Origin: Patescibacteria group bacterium
GTDB taxonomy: Bacteria > Patescibacteriota > Minisyncoccia > Phycocordibacterales > JBBTRF01
Direction: 5' to 3'
Length of the DNA: 64,000 bases
Assembly: GCA_038065315.1 (NCBI GenBank)
Contig: JBBTRF010000001.1
Coordinates: 97,642-161,641, forward strand
Shown here: piece after piece, positions 1 through 8,845 of the stretch
How the letters are laid out: each line of letters begins with the position of its first letter
Position numbering within the stretch: the first letter of the stretch is position 1
The notes under the pieces: model-generated
The model's database searches: none
Seen by the model: only the letters and a program-made list of their open reading frames with translations
Told to the model about the DNA's origin: nothing
Position numbers and translations under genes: made by a program

Positions 1-1
1 G

Positions 2-199
2 AAGCTCGAAGAGGCGCGAATTTCTTTGCGTAAAGAGCGCGAGCCAGTGGTGAAGGATCTCGAGGGGCAGCAGAAGGCTGGCACGATGCAGGAGGATGAG
101 GCGAAGCGTATGTTAAAAGAGGTGCAGAAGCTTGTCGACGAAGCCAACAAGAAATTCGACGAGATCCGCGCGAAAAAGGAGGCAGAAATTCAGAGCTAA
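2..199 (+). CDS. frr: ribosome recycling factor, C-terminal fragment (5' end outside window)
   Basis: Frame-2 translation ...KEREPVVKDLEGQQKAGTMQEDEAKRMLKEVQKLVDEANKKFDEIRAKKEAEIQS* has a Frr-like C-terminal helical motif; stop at 197-199. Confidence 0.7.
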   Translation, partial: KLEEARISLRKEREPVVKDLEGQQKAGTMQEDEAKRMLKEVQKLVDEANKKFDEIRAKKEAEIQS

Positions 200-1372
200 A
201 TGACGATCATTATTTTCATTCTCATCCTCGGAGCGCTGGTGTTTGTGCACGAGTTGGGGCATTTTCTCATGGCCAAGGCCTTTGGAATTCGTGTGGATGA
301 ATTTGCTCTTGGCTTTCCGCCGCGCTTGTTTAAATGGAAGCCGAAAAACTCCGAGACCACGTATTCGCTCAACTTGCTGCCGCTTGGAGGCTACGTGAAA
401 ATCTTTGGCGAGAATCCCGATGAGGCCTCGCTGAAAGGTCCGGAGAAAAAACGCAGCTTGGTGAGCAAGCCAAAGTACGCGCAGGTGCTGGTGCTTATTG
501 CAGGTATCGCTTCCAACATTGTATTTGCGTGGCTACTCATCTCTGGCGGGTTCATGATCGGCTTGCCGGTATCTGTGGGAGATCGGTATGCCGATGCAGT
601 ACGCGACCAGGAGGTGGTCGTTCGCGAGGTGGCACCTGGGTCGCCGGCCGCCGCGGCCGGCTTCTTACCCGAAGATGTCCTCGTGTACCTTGAGGTAAAT
701 CCGGAAGTCCCGGGCAATGTCGTCGGCATTGACGGTCACACACCAAAGGAGATTTTGCGCGGTAGCGGCGTGACACCGACGAGTGTGCGGCGTATGATCG
801 CCCAACATCCGGACGAGCCGATTTCTGTACTCGTGAAGCGTCTTGGACAAACTCAGACTTCCACAGGGAACGCGTTTCTCGAAGTGACGCCTCATACCTC
901 CGCTGATCAGGGGCGCGCCGCCATCGGCATCGTGATGGACGAAGTCGGAGTATTGAAATTGCCATGGCATCGTGCGCTGTGGGAGGGTTTGTTTTTCACC
1001 AAAGACATTGTTGTCGTGACTGCACAGCAGATCGTGCATTTCTTGGGACAGGTGTTCACCGGTCAAGCTGATATGGATCAGGTGAGTGGGCCGGTGGGGA
1101 TTGCCAGCCAAGTCGGCGAGGCGCGCACTCTGGGATTTGCGTACGTACTGTCCTTCACTGCATTTATCTCGATTAATCTCGCCTTGCTCAATCTCGTGCC
1201 GTTTCCGGCGCTTGATGGTGGTCGTATTTTGTTTGTCTGCATCGAGGCGATCATCCGCCGGCCAATCAAGCCGATCATTGCCAATTGGCTCAACGGCCTC
1301 GGCTTCGTCCTTCTGATCCTGTTGATGATTGTCATCGCGTACAACGATATTGTGAAATTGGTAGTGGGATAA
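200..1372 (+). CDS. rseP: RIP site-2 zinc metalloprotease RseP (M50) with PDZ domain
   Basis: HELGHFLMAKAFGIRV (HExxH) in an N-terminal TM; multi-TM; central PDZ-like region; C-terminal LDGG motif. Confidence 0.85.
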   Translation: MTIIIFILILGALVFVHELGHFLMAKAFGIRVDEFALGFPPRLFKWKPKNSETTYSLNLLPLGGYVKIFGENPDEASLKGPEKKRSLVSKPKYAQVLVLIAGIASNIVFAWLLISGGFMIGLPVSVGDRYADAVRDQEVVVREVAPGSPAAAAGFLPEDVLVYLEVNPEVPGNVVGIDGHTPKEILRGSGVTPTSVRRMIAQHPDEPISVLVKRLGQTQTSTGNAFLEVTPHTSADQGRAAIGIVMDEVGVLKLPWHRALWEGLFFTKDIVVVTAQQIVHFLGQVFTGQADMDQVSGPVGIASQVGEARTLGFAYVLSFTAFISINLALLNLVPFPALDGGRILFVCIEAIIRRPIKPIIANWLNGLGFVLLILLMIVIAYNDIVKLVVG

Positions 1373-1433
1373 AAAAGAATCCCCCGGCCGCGTGAGCGTC
1401 CAGGGGAGTTGTGTTTTGCGTTGATGTCGCCGT

Positions 1434-2948
1434 TCAGGGCGCTGGCAGGGAGGTGTTGACCTTGGCCTGCCGTGTGTTGGTGCGAGTCACGCTGTTCGTG
1501 CTGATCGCGCCGCCGTTCGGATTGGTCCGAAAGACGGGGTCGATGTCGAGATGGTCCCAGCCCTGGTTGCCCTTGCGGACAGCCTTGAGGGCTTCGCCGA
1601 ACTCGAACACGAACTTGTTGTTGATCTCGGCATTGCCCGAGTCCTTACCTGCGAACCACACGCCGTTCTTGTTATGGAACCGCTCGGTCGTCGCTTGGAC
1701 GATCTGGCGGGCCGTCACCATGTTGTCGCTGGGTTTGATCCACCCGGTGACTTCATAGACGATCATCCCACCCTTTTCCCAAGGCCAGCGTTGGACTTGG
1801 AACAAGCTGCGACCGATAGCGAACGCGTTGGTCAGCGTGAAGGAGACCAGGTTGTTCGTCGGCGGCTGCACTGCGCTCACTGCTGGCGCCGGTTGGGGCG
1901 CCAAGGCGGGAGCGAGAGGCGGGGTCTGCGCCGTTGGTGCCGGCACCGCGGGCTGTGCAGGCTGCACTTGCGCCGCCGGCGGATTGGTGTCCGTCAAGGC
2001 GGGCAAGGAGACGTTCGTCGAGATCATGAACACCAAGAGCTTGTCGATCGCCTTGGATATGTCTGAGAGCCGATCGTCCATTTTGCCTTGACGGGTGTTG
2101 AGCTCGGTGACCTGCTTCATCGCGAGGAGTGCGACTTGTTCGGCTTGGCTGCCTTTGTCGGCGGCCGCCGCGGCAACCTTTTGGGTTGCCTTCGCGCTCT
2201 TTTGCGCCTGCTTCGCATCCTGGCGGGCCTTTTCAAGCTGGGCCAGGCGACGCTCCACTTTTGCCAGCTCCGACGAATCGTCTCGCTGGACAGAGTAGCC
2301 GGGGGGCACCGTGACGCCGGCAGCCACGTAGGGCTGGGGCGGTTGGGGCGCGACGGCGGTGGGTGCAGGAGGCGGAGGTAGCTGTGGCACGAAGTTCGGG
2401 TTGATAATCCGGCCGTCGTTCAGTGTCGGCTGCGTCATCGACGCGGCGTGCTCGCGTTGGAGCGCGATACGCAACGCCATGAGGCGCTGGTCGATTCGGT
2501 CGCTGATGTTCGTGGACAGCTTGTTCAGTCCAGCGACGTATGCGTCGCTGAGGTTACTGAGCTGTTCCAATGCCCTGTCGGCCTTGGCATCAGCGAGCTC
2601 CACACGGGTGCCCATGTTGAGCAGGGCGGCGGCGTTGGTGGCCAAGGGCTTCAACGTTTCTTGCTCCGCCCTGATCGCCGTGTTGTCGGCCTTGAGGCTA
2701 TTCACCTCGTGGCCGACGGCGGCGAAATCGCGGCGCGTTTCAGTGCGGTCCGTGATCTTGCTGATCAGGAGGAAGTTCAGCATCACCAGGATAGCGATGC
2801 CGATAACTTGGCCACCCATGATGAGTGGGGTGGAGATCACGCCGGCGGTCTTGGCCTTCTTGCCGATCTTGATGAAGACGACGAAGGCGGCAATGCTGCC
2901 GACGAAGAGGCCGAAGGCGGCCACACCGAGGAGGAATTCGAGGATCAT
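1434..2948 (-). CDS. membrane-anchored coiled-coil / proline-rich protein with uncharacterised C-terminal globular domain
   Basis: 504 aa. Two N-terminal TM helices, Ala/Gln/Lys-rich coiled-coil segments separated by PAPxxP-rich linkers, and a ~130-aa W/G-rich C-terminal domain. No recognisable family. Confidence 0.55.
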   Translation of the reverse strand: MILEFLLGVAAFGLFVGSIAAFVVFIKIGKKAKTAGVISTPLIMGGQVIGIAILVMLNFLLISKITDRTETRRDFAAVGHEVNSLKADNTAIRAEQETLKPLATNAAALLNMGTRVELADAKADRALEQLSNLSDAYVAGLNKLSTNISDRIDQRLMALRIALQREHAASMTQPTLNDGRIINPNFVPQLPPPPAPTAVAPQPPQPYVAAGVTVPPGYSVQRDDSSELAKVERRLAQLEKARQDAKQAQKSAKATQKVAAAAADKGSQAEQVALLAMKQVTELNTRQGKMDDRLSDISKAIDKLLVFMISTNVSLPALTDTNPPAAQVQPAQPAVPAPTAQTPPLAPALAPQPAPAVSAVQPPTNNLVSFTLTNAFAIGRSLFQVQRWPWEKGGMIVYEVTGWIKPSDNMVTARQIVQATTERFHNKNGVWFAGKDSGNAEINNKFVFEFGEALKAVRKGNQGWDHLDIDPVFRTNPNGGAISTNSVTRTNTRQAKVNTSLPAP

Positions 2949-3044
2949 AACGGTTGTCTTTCTGCAGTGCGGTTTCTAGCCGCGGTTTTGTTGGTATTTG
3001 ACCGATGTCAACGGGTGCGGTACACGGTACCCCCTTACTGACGT

Positions 3045-3072
3045 TTGCCTAGCATAGTAGCATATATATAAT
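3045..3072 (+). promoter_or_regulatory. candidate sigma70-like promoter for proS (-35 TTGCCT, 16-nt spacer, -10 TATAAT)
   Basis: ttgcct at 3045-3050 and tataat at 3067-3072, ~50 nt upstream of the proS ATG. Confidence 0.3.
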
Positions 3073-3120
3073 GTAAAGTCAAGCTCGCAGACACGGCGTA
3101 TTTCCTGTATTATTCAGGAC

Positions 3121-4389
3121 ATGAAGCAATCACAACTCTTCTCGAAAACGCGCAAAGAAGCCCCAAAAGACGAGGTTTCGCGTAATGCGCAGCTGTTGAT
3201 CCGTGCGGGGTACATCAATAAAGAGCTTGCCGGGGTATATTCGCTGCTCCCGCTCGGTGTTTTGACACTCGGCCGTATCAACCAGATTATCCGTGAAGAA
3301 ATGAACGCGATCGGTGGCCAGGAAGTGCTCCTTTCGACGCTGCAGGAAAAAGGATTGTGGCAAAAGACGAATCGTTGGGACGACAAAGTGGTGGATATTT
3401 GGTTCAAGACGAAATTGAAGAACGACACCGAGCTTGGTCTCGGTTTCACTCACGAAGAGCCGCTCACCATGTTGATGAAAAATTTTGTGCAGTCATTCCG
3501 TGACTTGCCAGTGTATCCATATCAAATACAGACCAAGTTTCGTAATGAAATCCGTGCAAAGAGCGGCATTATGCGCGGCCGTGAGTTTTTGATGAAGGAT
3601 CTATATTCATTCTCTCGAGATGAAAAAGAGCACACCGCTTTCTATGAAAAAACGAAGCAGGCATACACGAATGTGTTTCGACGTATGGGTCTCGGTGAGC
3701 GTACCTTCCTCACATTTGCTTCCGGCGGCTCCTTCGCAAAATATTCGCACGAGTTCCAGACTGTGACTGATGCGGGCGAGGATTTTATCTATGTCGATGA
3801 GAAGTCGGGCATTGCGGTGAACAAAGAAGTACTCACCGATGAGGTGCTCGCTGATCTTGGTCTGAAGCGCGAGGTGCTTGTCGAGAAAAAAGCAGTAGAG
3901 GTGGGGAATATTTTTAATCTCGGTACGCGTTTCTCTGAGCCACTCGAGCTCCGCTTTTTGAATGAGAAAGGCGAGAAGCAAAATGTGGTGATGGGAAGCT
4001 ATGGTATTGGCCCAACACGACTGATGGGCACCATCGTAGAAGTCCTCGCTGACGCCGACGGTATTGTGTGGCCAGACTCTGTGGCGCCGTTCCGCGTGCA
4101 TCTCATCGCGATCGCCGACAAGGCGGGAAGAGTGGCGGACGAAGCGACAAAGCTGTACAATGCGCTCACCGAAAAAGGGATTGACGTTTTGTATGACGAT
4201 CGCGACGCACGACCGGGAGAGAAATTTGCCGATTCAGACCTGCTGGGTTTGCCGCATCGAGTGGTCATCAGCGAGAAGACCTTGGCGGAAGGCGTCGTCG
4301 AATACAAACCGCGCCGAGCCAACGCCGCCGGTGAGCGTCCGGTAGAGAAGATCGCGCAAGCCGAACTCCTGAAACGTCTAGCAAAATAA
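3121..4389 (+). CDS. proS: prolyl-tRNA synthetase (class II, compact form without editing insertion)
   Basis: N-terminal SKTRKEAPKDEVSRNAQLLIRAGYI...YSLLPLG; class II motifs; C-terminal anticodon-binding domain (VHLIAIADKAG...DDRDARPGEKF). Confidence 0.9.
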   Translation: MKQSQLFSKTRKEAPKDEVSRNAQLLIRAGYINKELAGVYSLLPLGVLTLGRINQIIREEMNAIGGQEVLLSTLQEKGLWQKTNRWDDKVVDIWFKTKLKNDTELGLGFTHEEPLTMLMKNFVQSFRDLPVYPYQIQTKFRNEIRAKSGIMRGREFLMKDLYSFSRDEKEHTAFYEKTKQAYTNVFRRMGLGERTFLTFASGGSFAKYSHEFQTVTDAGEDFIYVDEKSGIAVNKEVLTDEVLADLGLKREVLVEKKAVEVGNIFNLGTRFSEPLELRFLNEKGEKQNVVMGSYGIGPTRLMGTIVEVLADADGIVWPDSVAPFRVHLIAIADKAGRVADEATKLYNALTEKGIDVLYDDRDARPGEKFADSDLLGLPHRVVISEKTLAEGVVEYKPRRANAAGERPVEKIAQAELLKRLAK

Positions 4390-4438
4390 CGGAATTCCTG
4401 AAGCCAGACTCGACACACCGACCGAACCTAAAGAAAGA

Positions 4439-5500
4439 ATGAAAAAAATTGTTAAAAAACTGAATCATTTCCTCTCGCACGATATCGGCATCGATCTCGG
4501 TACTGCCAACACGCTCGTGTATATGAGCGGGCAGGGGATTATCATCAACGAGCCTTCGGTGGTCGCGGTGAATGAAAAGACCGGCCAGGTGGTGGCAGTA
4601 GGTACGCAGGCCAAACAAATGCTCGGTCGCACTCCCGCGCATATCAAGGCCGTGAAGCCGCTCGTAGATGGCGTGGTCTCGGATTTCGAAGTGACAGAGG
4701 AGATGATTTCGTATCTTATCAACAAAGCTCAACAGTCAAAGAAAAAGCTCCTCGGCCCGCGTGTGGTGGTGGGTGTGCCGTATGGCATCACCAACGTGGA
4801 AACGCGGGCCGTGCGCGACGCTACCAAGAACAGCGGCGCGCGCGAGGTGTATATCGTGGAGGAGCCAATGGCGGCGGCGATCGGTATTCGTCTGCCGGTG
4901 AATGACCCTGTCGGCAGCATGATCATCGACATCGGCGGCGGCACCACCGACATCGCCGTGATTTCGCTTGGGGGTATCGTGCGCGCGAAGACCCTGAAGA
5001 TTGCAGGCGACAAACTCAACAATGACATCATTAGCTACATCCGCGGCGAATTCAAAATTTTGATTGGCGAAAAGACGGCGGAGCAGATCAAGATCCAGAT
5101 CGGCTCGGTGATCCCAGGAGATGCACCGCTTGAGTCTTCGGTAAAAGGTCGAGACCTGGTGACCGGCTTGCCGCGCGAAGTGGTGATTACCGATGGTGAT
5201 GTGCGTGAAGCGATTTCACAGTCTATCGACAACCTCGTAGAGTCGGTGAAAGAGGTGCTCGAGACCACTCCGCCGGAAATAGTTTCCGATGTCATGCATC
5301 GGGGTGTGCATGTGGTAGGTGGCGGCGCGCTCCTTCGAGGCATCGGAGAACTCATCCATCAGCACATCAACATTCCGGTACACATCGCCGAAGATCCGCT
5401 TACGGCCGTGGCGCGCGGTACGGGTATTATCCTAGAGAACCTCGCACTCTACGAAGGAGTGTTGATCCAAAACGAAGATGAGCTTCCTCCGCAAAACTAG
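4439..5500 (+). CDS. mreB: rod shape-determining protein MreB
   Basis: IGIDLGTANTLVY actin-fold phosphate-1 motif; DIGGGTTDIAV; full-length MreB similarity. Confidence 0.92.
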   Translation: MKKIVKKLNHFLSHDIGIDLGTANTLVYMSGQGIIINEPSVVAVNEKTGQVVAVGTQAKQMLGRTPAHIKAVKPLVDGVVSDFEVTEEMISYLINKAQQSKKKLLGPRVVVGVPYGITNVETRAVRDATKNSGAREVYIVEEPMAAAIGIRLPVNDPVGSMIIDIGGGTTDIAVISLGGIVRAKTLKIAGDKLNNDIISYIRGEFKILIGEKTAEQIKIQIGSVIPGDAPLESSVKGRDLVTGLPREVVITDGDVREAISQSIDNLVESVKEVLETTPPEIVSDVMHRGVHVVGGGALLRGIGELIHQHINIPVHIAEDPLTAVARGTGIILENLALYEGVLIQNEDELPPQN

Positions 5501-6290
5501 TCTCGGTAGTGGCCGACATTTTCGACCTGGGCCGAAACGTCTGTTCGGTATTGTTGCTGCGTTCCTTTTTGTTGTTGCGTTGTCGGCGACCTTTTCCAAG
5601 ACACCCTTCAAGGACTTTCTCACTCTGCTCGCTCGGCCATTTTGGTATGTTCAAGAGTACGTGATGGGTACAGCAGATTCTGCCCTCACGAATATGCGCT
5701 CGAAGACTGATCTGCTAAACGAAAATGCTCAACTCAACCAAAAAGTGCAAGAGCAGGCTGAGGCAATCCTTTTGAATCGAACGCTCCAGGCAGAAAATGA
5801 TGAGTTAAAAACCGCTTTCGGACGAGATAATCAGCGCGATGTACTCCTCGTCGCCACATTGAGTGCTCCAGGTGTATCGGCGTACGATACAGTGATCATC
5901 GATGCCGGGGTTGATCTCGGAGTGAAGCGAAATGCATTAGTATATTTTTCCTCAACCACGGCCGCTGGCTACATTTCAGAGGTGTATCTATCGACAGCCT
6001 TGGTCCAGCTGTATTCGCATCCAAATGAAGAGGTCACGGTATATACCGGTGAAAAGCGTTTTTTCACCAAAGCGACAGGGCAGGGTGGCGGCAATTTCAT
6101 CGTGAAATTGCCGCACGAGAGCGGAGTGAAAGAGGGCGATCTGATCATGGTGCCCGGGACTCCAGCCCTTGTGCTTGGTCTGGTGGGTACCATTGAGACA
6201 GATGTTGCCAAATCGCTCCAGATCGCGCGCGTACGAAGTCCGTATAACGCCTCTCAAACCCATTTCCTCTATGTCCAAAGAGAAAAATAA
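5478..6290 (+). CDS. mreC: rod shape-determining protein MreC
   Basis: N-terminal TM, coiled coil (LNENAQLNQKVQEQAEAILLNRTLQAEND), beta-rich C-terminal domain; placed between mreB and PBP2. Confidence 0.8.
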   Translation: MSFLRKTSLGSGRHFRPGPKRLFGIVAAFLFVVALSATFSKTPFKDFLTLLARPFWYVQEYVMGTADSALTNMRSKTDLLNENAQLNQKVQEQAEAILLNRTLQAENDELKTAFGRDNQRDVLLVATLSAPGVSAYDTVIIDAGVDLGVKRNALVYFSSTTAAGYISEVYLSTALVQLYSHPNEEVTVYTGEKRFFTKATGQGGGNFIVKLPHESGVKEGDLIMVPGTPALVLGLVGTIETDVAKSLQIARVRSPYNASQTHFLYVQREK

Positions 6291-6546
6291 CACACTCTGG
6301 CAACGCCTTGCTTTTGATGTCTGCCTTGTCGCAGCAATCTGCTGGTTTCCATGGTGGGCCTCGCTGATCCTTGCCACAGTGGCATTTTTTTCATTTTCCG
6401 AATTTGTAGAACTGATTCTTGTCGGCCTCATGATCGATACTCTTTATGCTTCACACCAGACGTTCTCCGTATCTTCATACACATACTTTTTATTCAGCAT
6501 CGGATTGTTTATCATACTTTCATTGGTGAAACGGCAGTTGCGATAA
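6271..6546 (+). CDS. small polytopic membrane protein, MreD-like by position
   Basis: In-frame ATG at 6271 overlaps the mreC end by 20 nt. ~91 aa, 3 predicted TM helices. Sits between mreC and PBP2 where mreD is normally found. No sequence motif confirms it. Confidence 0.4.
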   Translation: MSKEKNNTLWQRLAFDVCLVAAICWFPWWASLILATVAFFSFSEFVELILVGLMIDTLYASHQTFSVSSYTYFLFSIGLFIILSLVKRQLR

Positions 6547-6553
6547 TGGTACA

Positions 6554-8284
6554 ATGGTTGGCATGTTCAGGTTGTTTACGAAGCAACGCCGCATGGCGCG
6601 GCGCATCTCTCAGGGCCGGGAAGTGTTTCCCGACGAGATTTTTCTTGACTCAAAAAATCTCTCAGAGCTTGATACACAGCAATTCGAAGGTCGCATTGAA
6701 CACCCGATTCCAGTCGGTACACTCATTTTTTTAGCAAGTATGTTCGTGCTTTTTGGGATTGGGTATACGGCACGGGCGTATCAGCTACAGGTGTCGCAAG
6801 GTGCTGCTTATTTGGCGAAAAGCGAGAATAACCGTCTCCGCAAGACCACTGTGTTTGCCGAGCGTGGCGCTATTACCGATCGAGACGGTGTCGCGCTCGC
6901 CTGGAATGCCTCGAATCCAAGCAACACCGATTTCGCCCTCCGCCAATACATCGATTCCCCGGCTTTCTCGCACGTACTTGGCTACGTGAAATACCCGTCG
7001 AAGGATGCGAGTGGCTACTATTATTCAAAACGGTATGATGCCAAGGATGGGGTTGAGGCCCATTACGATGACCTCCTTTCTGGCGAGAACGGCGTAAAAT
7101 TGAGCGAGACCGATGCGTTGGGAAAAGTGCAATCAGAAAACACGATCCAGCTGCCACGGGCCGGCCTACCGTTGGCACTATCGATCGATGCAGGTATTCA
7201 GCAACATATGTACGAAGCGGTAAGGTCTGTGGTGGAAACTGCCGACTACAAGGGAGGTGCTGCGGGTCTGCTCGACGTGAAGACCGGCGAGATTGTTGCG
7301 ATGACGAGCTATCCTTCTTATGGTAGCAACGTCCTCACTGAGGGCAAGGATGTGAAGCAGATCAACGCGCTTTTTGCAGACACAGACAACCCATTCCTTG
7401 ATCGCTTTACCGACGGTCTCTATGCGCCCGGCTCTACAGTAAAGCCATTTCTGGCCATCGCCGCTTTGCAGGAGAAGATCATCGATCCTAGTACCCAGAT
7501 CCTGAGTACCGGCTCAATCTCTCTGCAGAATATTTACGACTCTTCCCAGCAAACTGTCTTCAAAGACTGGCGCGCTAACGGCTGGACCGATATGCGTATG
7601 GCCATTGCTTTATCTTCCGATATTTATTTCTACGAAGTTGGCGGCGGCTACAAAGAACAGAAGGGGCTGGGTATCACCAAGATCGAGAAGTACCTGCGCC
7701 TGTTCGGCTTCGGCGATACCACTGGCGACGGCTTGCTATTGGGCAAGAAAGGTGTCGTGCCGAATCCGGAATGGAAACGTGAGAATTTCAATGAAGAAGA
7801 GTGGACGATCGGTAATACCTATCACACCTCTATTGGCCAGTACGGCACTCTCGTCACCCCGCTACAGATGCTGGTGGGCGTAGCGACCATCGCCAATGAT
7901 GGTGTGGTGCCCAACGTTACGTTGCTTAAGGATGGCACGGCCGGCAACAACACCTTCAAGCATCTCGATGTCCCTAAAGATGTCTTTCGCATTGTGAAAG
8001 AAGGGATGCGCATGACGGTGACTGTGGGCACGGCAACCTCGCTGAACTTCCCAGACGTGCAGGTGGCAGGGAAGACTGGTAGTGCGGAAATCGGTACTCA
8101 GAAAAAGTTCACCAATTCTTGGTTTACAGGCTTTTTTCCATACAAAGAGCCTCGTTATGCCGTGGTCTTTGTGATGGAGCGTGGTCCGCGCACCAACACG
8201 GTCGGCGCCACTTCGGCGGCCTACCACTTTCTCCAATGGCTAGGCGCAACAAGGCCGGAAATGACCTCTTTGACTTCGGAATGA
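6554..8284 (+). CDS. mrdA: penicillin-binding protein 2 (peptidoglycan D,D-transpeptidase, elongasome)
   Basis: N-terminal TM, dimerisation domain, transpeptidase motifs STVKP (SxxK), SSD, KTGSAE (KTG). Confidence 0.85.
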   Translation: MVGMFRLFTKQRRMARRISQGREVFPDEIFLDSKNLSELDTQQFEGRIEHPIPVGTLIFLASMFVLFGIGYTARAYQLQVSQGAAYLAKSENNRLRKTTVFAERGAITDRDGVALAWNASNPSNTDFALRQYIDSPAFSHVLGYVKYPSKDASGYYYSKRYDAKDGVEAHYDDLLSGENGVKLSETDALGKVQSENTIQLPRAGLPLALSIDAGIQQHMYEAVRSVVETADYKGGAAGLLDVKTGEIVAMTSYPSYGSNVLTEGKDVKQINALFADTDNPFLDRFTDGLYAPGSTVKPFLAIAALQEKIIDPSTQILSTGSISLQNIYDSSQQTVFKDWRANGWTDMRMAIALSSDIYFYEVGGGYKEQKGLGITKIEKYLRLFGFGDTTGDGLLLGKKGVVPNPEWKRENFNEEEWTIGNTYHTSIGQYGTLVTPLQMLVGVATIANDGVVPNVTLLKDGTAGNNTFKHLDVPKDVFRIVKEGMRMTVTVGTATSLNFPDVQVAGKTGSAEIGTQKKFTNSWFTGFFPYKEPRYAVVFVMERGPRTNTVGATSAAYHFLQWLGATRPEMTSLTSE

Positions 8285-8325
8285 TAAAAGCGTAAGATTG
8301 TGTCACTTATTTATTTTTTCACCAC

Positions 8326-8793
8326 ATGACTGATCAAAAAGAGTATTTGTCGAAAGAGCGGTACGAAGAGCTCGTGAAGGAGCTCGACCACTTGAAGAAG
8401 GTGAAGCGCAAGGAAGTCGCGGAGGATTTGGAATATGCCAAAGCGCTCGGTGATCTCTCGGAAAATGCTGAATACCACGAAGCGCGCGACAACCAAGCGG
8501 CCGTAGAAGATCGTATCAACCGTCTCGAGGCGATCATTGGTCATGCAGAGATTGTCGAGCTTCACCACACCGAAGCGGTTGGTATTGGTTCGACCGTCAC
8601 CGTGCAGCAGGAAGGCACGAAGGGTGGGCACAAGTTTCAGGTGGTGGGTTCTGAGGAGGCCAACATCGGTCTCGGCAAGATCTCTCTCCACTCGCCGATT
8701 GGCGAAGCCATGGCTGGCAAGCGCAAGGGTGAAGCTTTTTCTTTCCTCTCTCCAAAGGGCAAGATGACGTACAAGATTGTTGATATCGCGTAA
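8326..8793 (+). CDS. greA: transcription elongation factor GreA
   Basis: N-terminal coiled-coil with the acidic-tip motif LGDLSENAEYHEARD; C-terminal FKBP-like domain. Confidence 0.9.
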   Translation: MTDQKEYLSKERYEELVKELDHLKKVKRKEVAEDLEYAKALGDLSENAEYHEARDNQAAVEDRINRLEAIIGHAEIVELHHTEAVGIGSTVTVQQEGTKGGHKFQVVGSEEANIGLGKISLHSPIGEAMAGKRKGEAFSFLSPKGKMTYKIVDIA

Positions 8794-8845
8794 GCTGTCC
8801 ACGCGCTGCCTATATCGACAGCGCGGCACATGATACAATTCGCCC

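Noticed and set aside
1551-3041. ORFs 1551-2066, 2088-2381, 2359-2979 and 2448-3041 on the + strand
   Set aside because: They are antisense to, or frame-shifted within, the coiled-coil/proline-rich gene; the repetitive Ala/Pro codons generate long spurious open frames.
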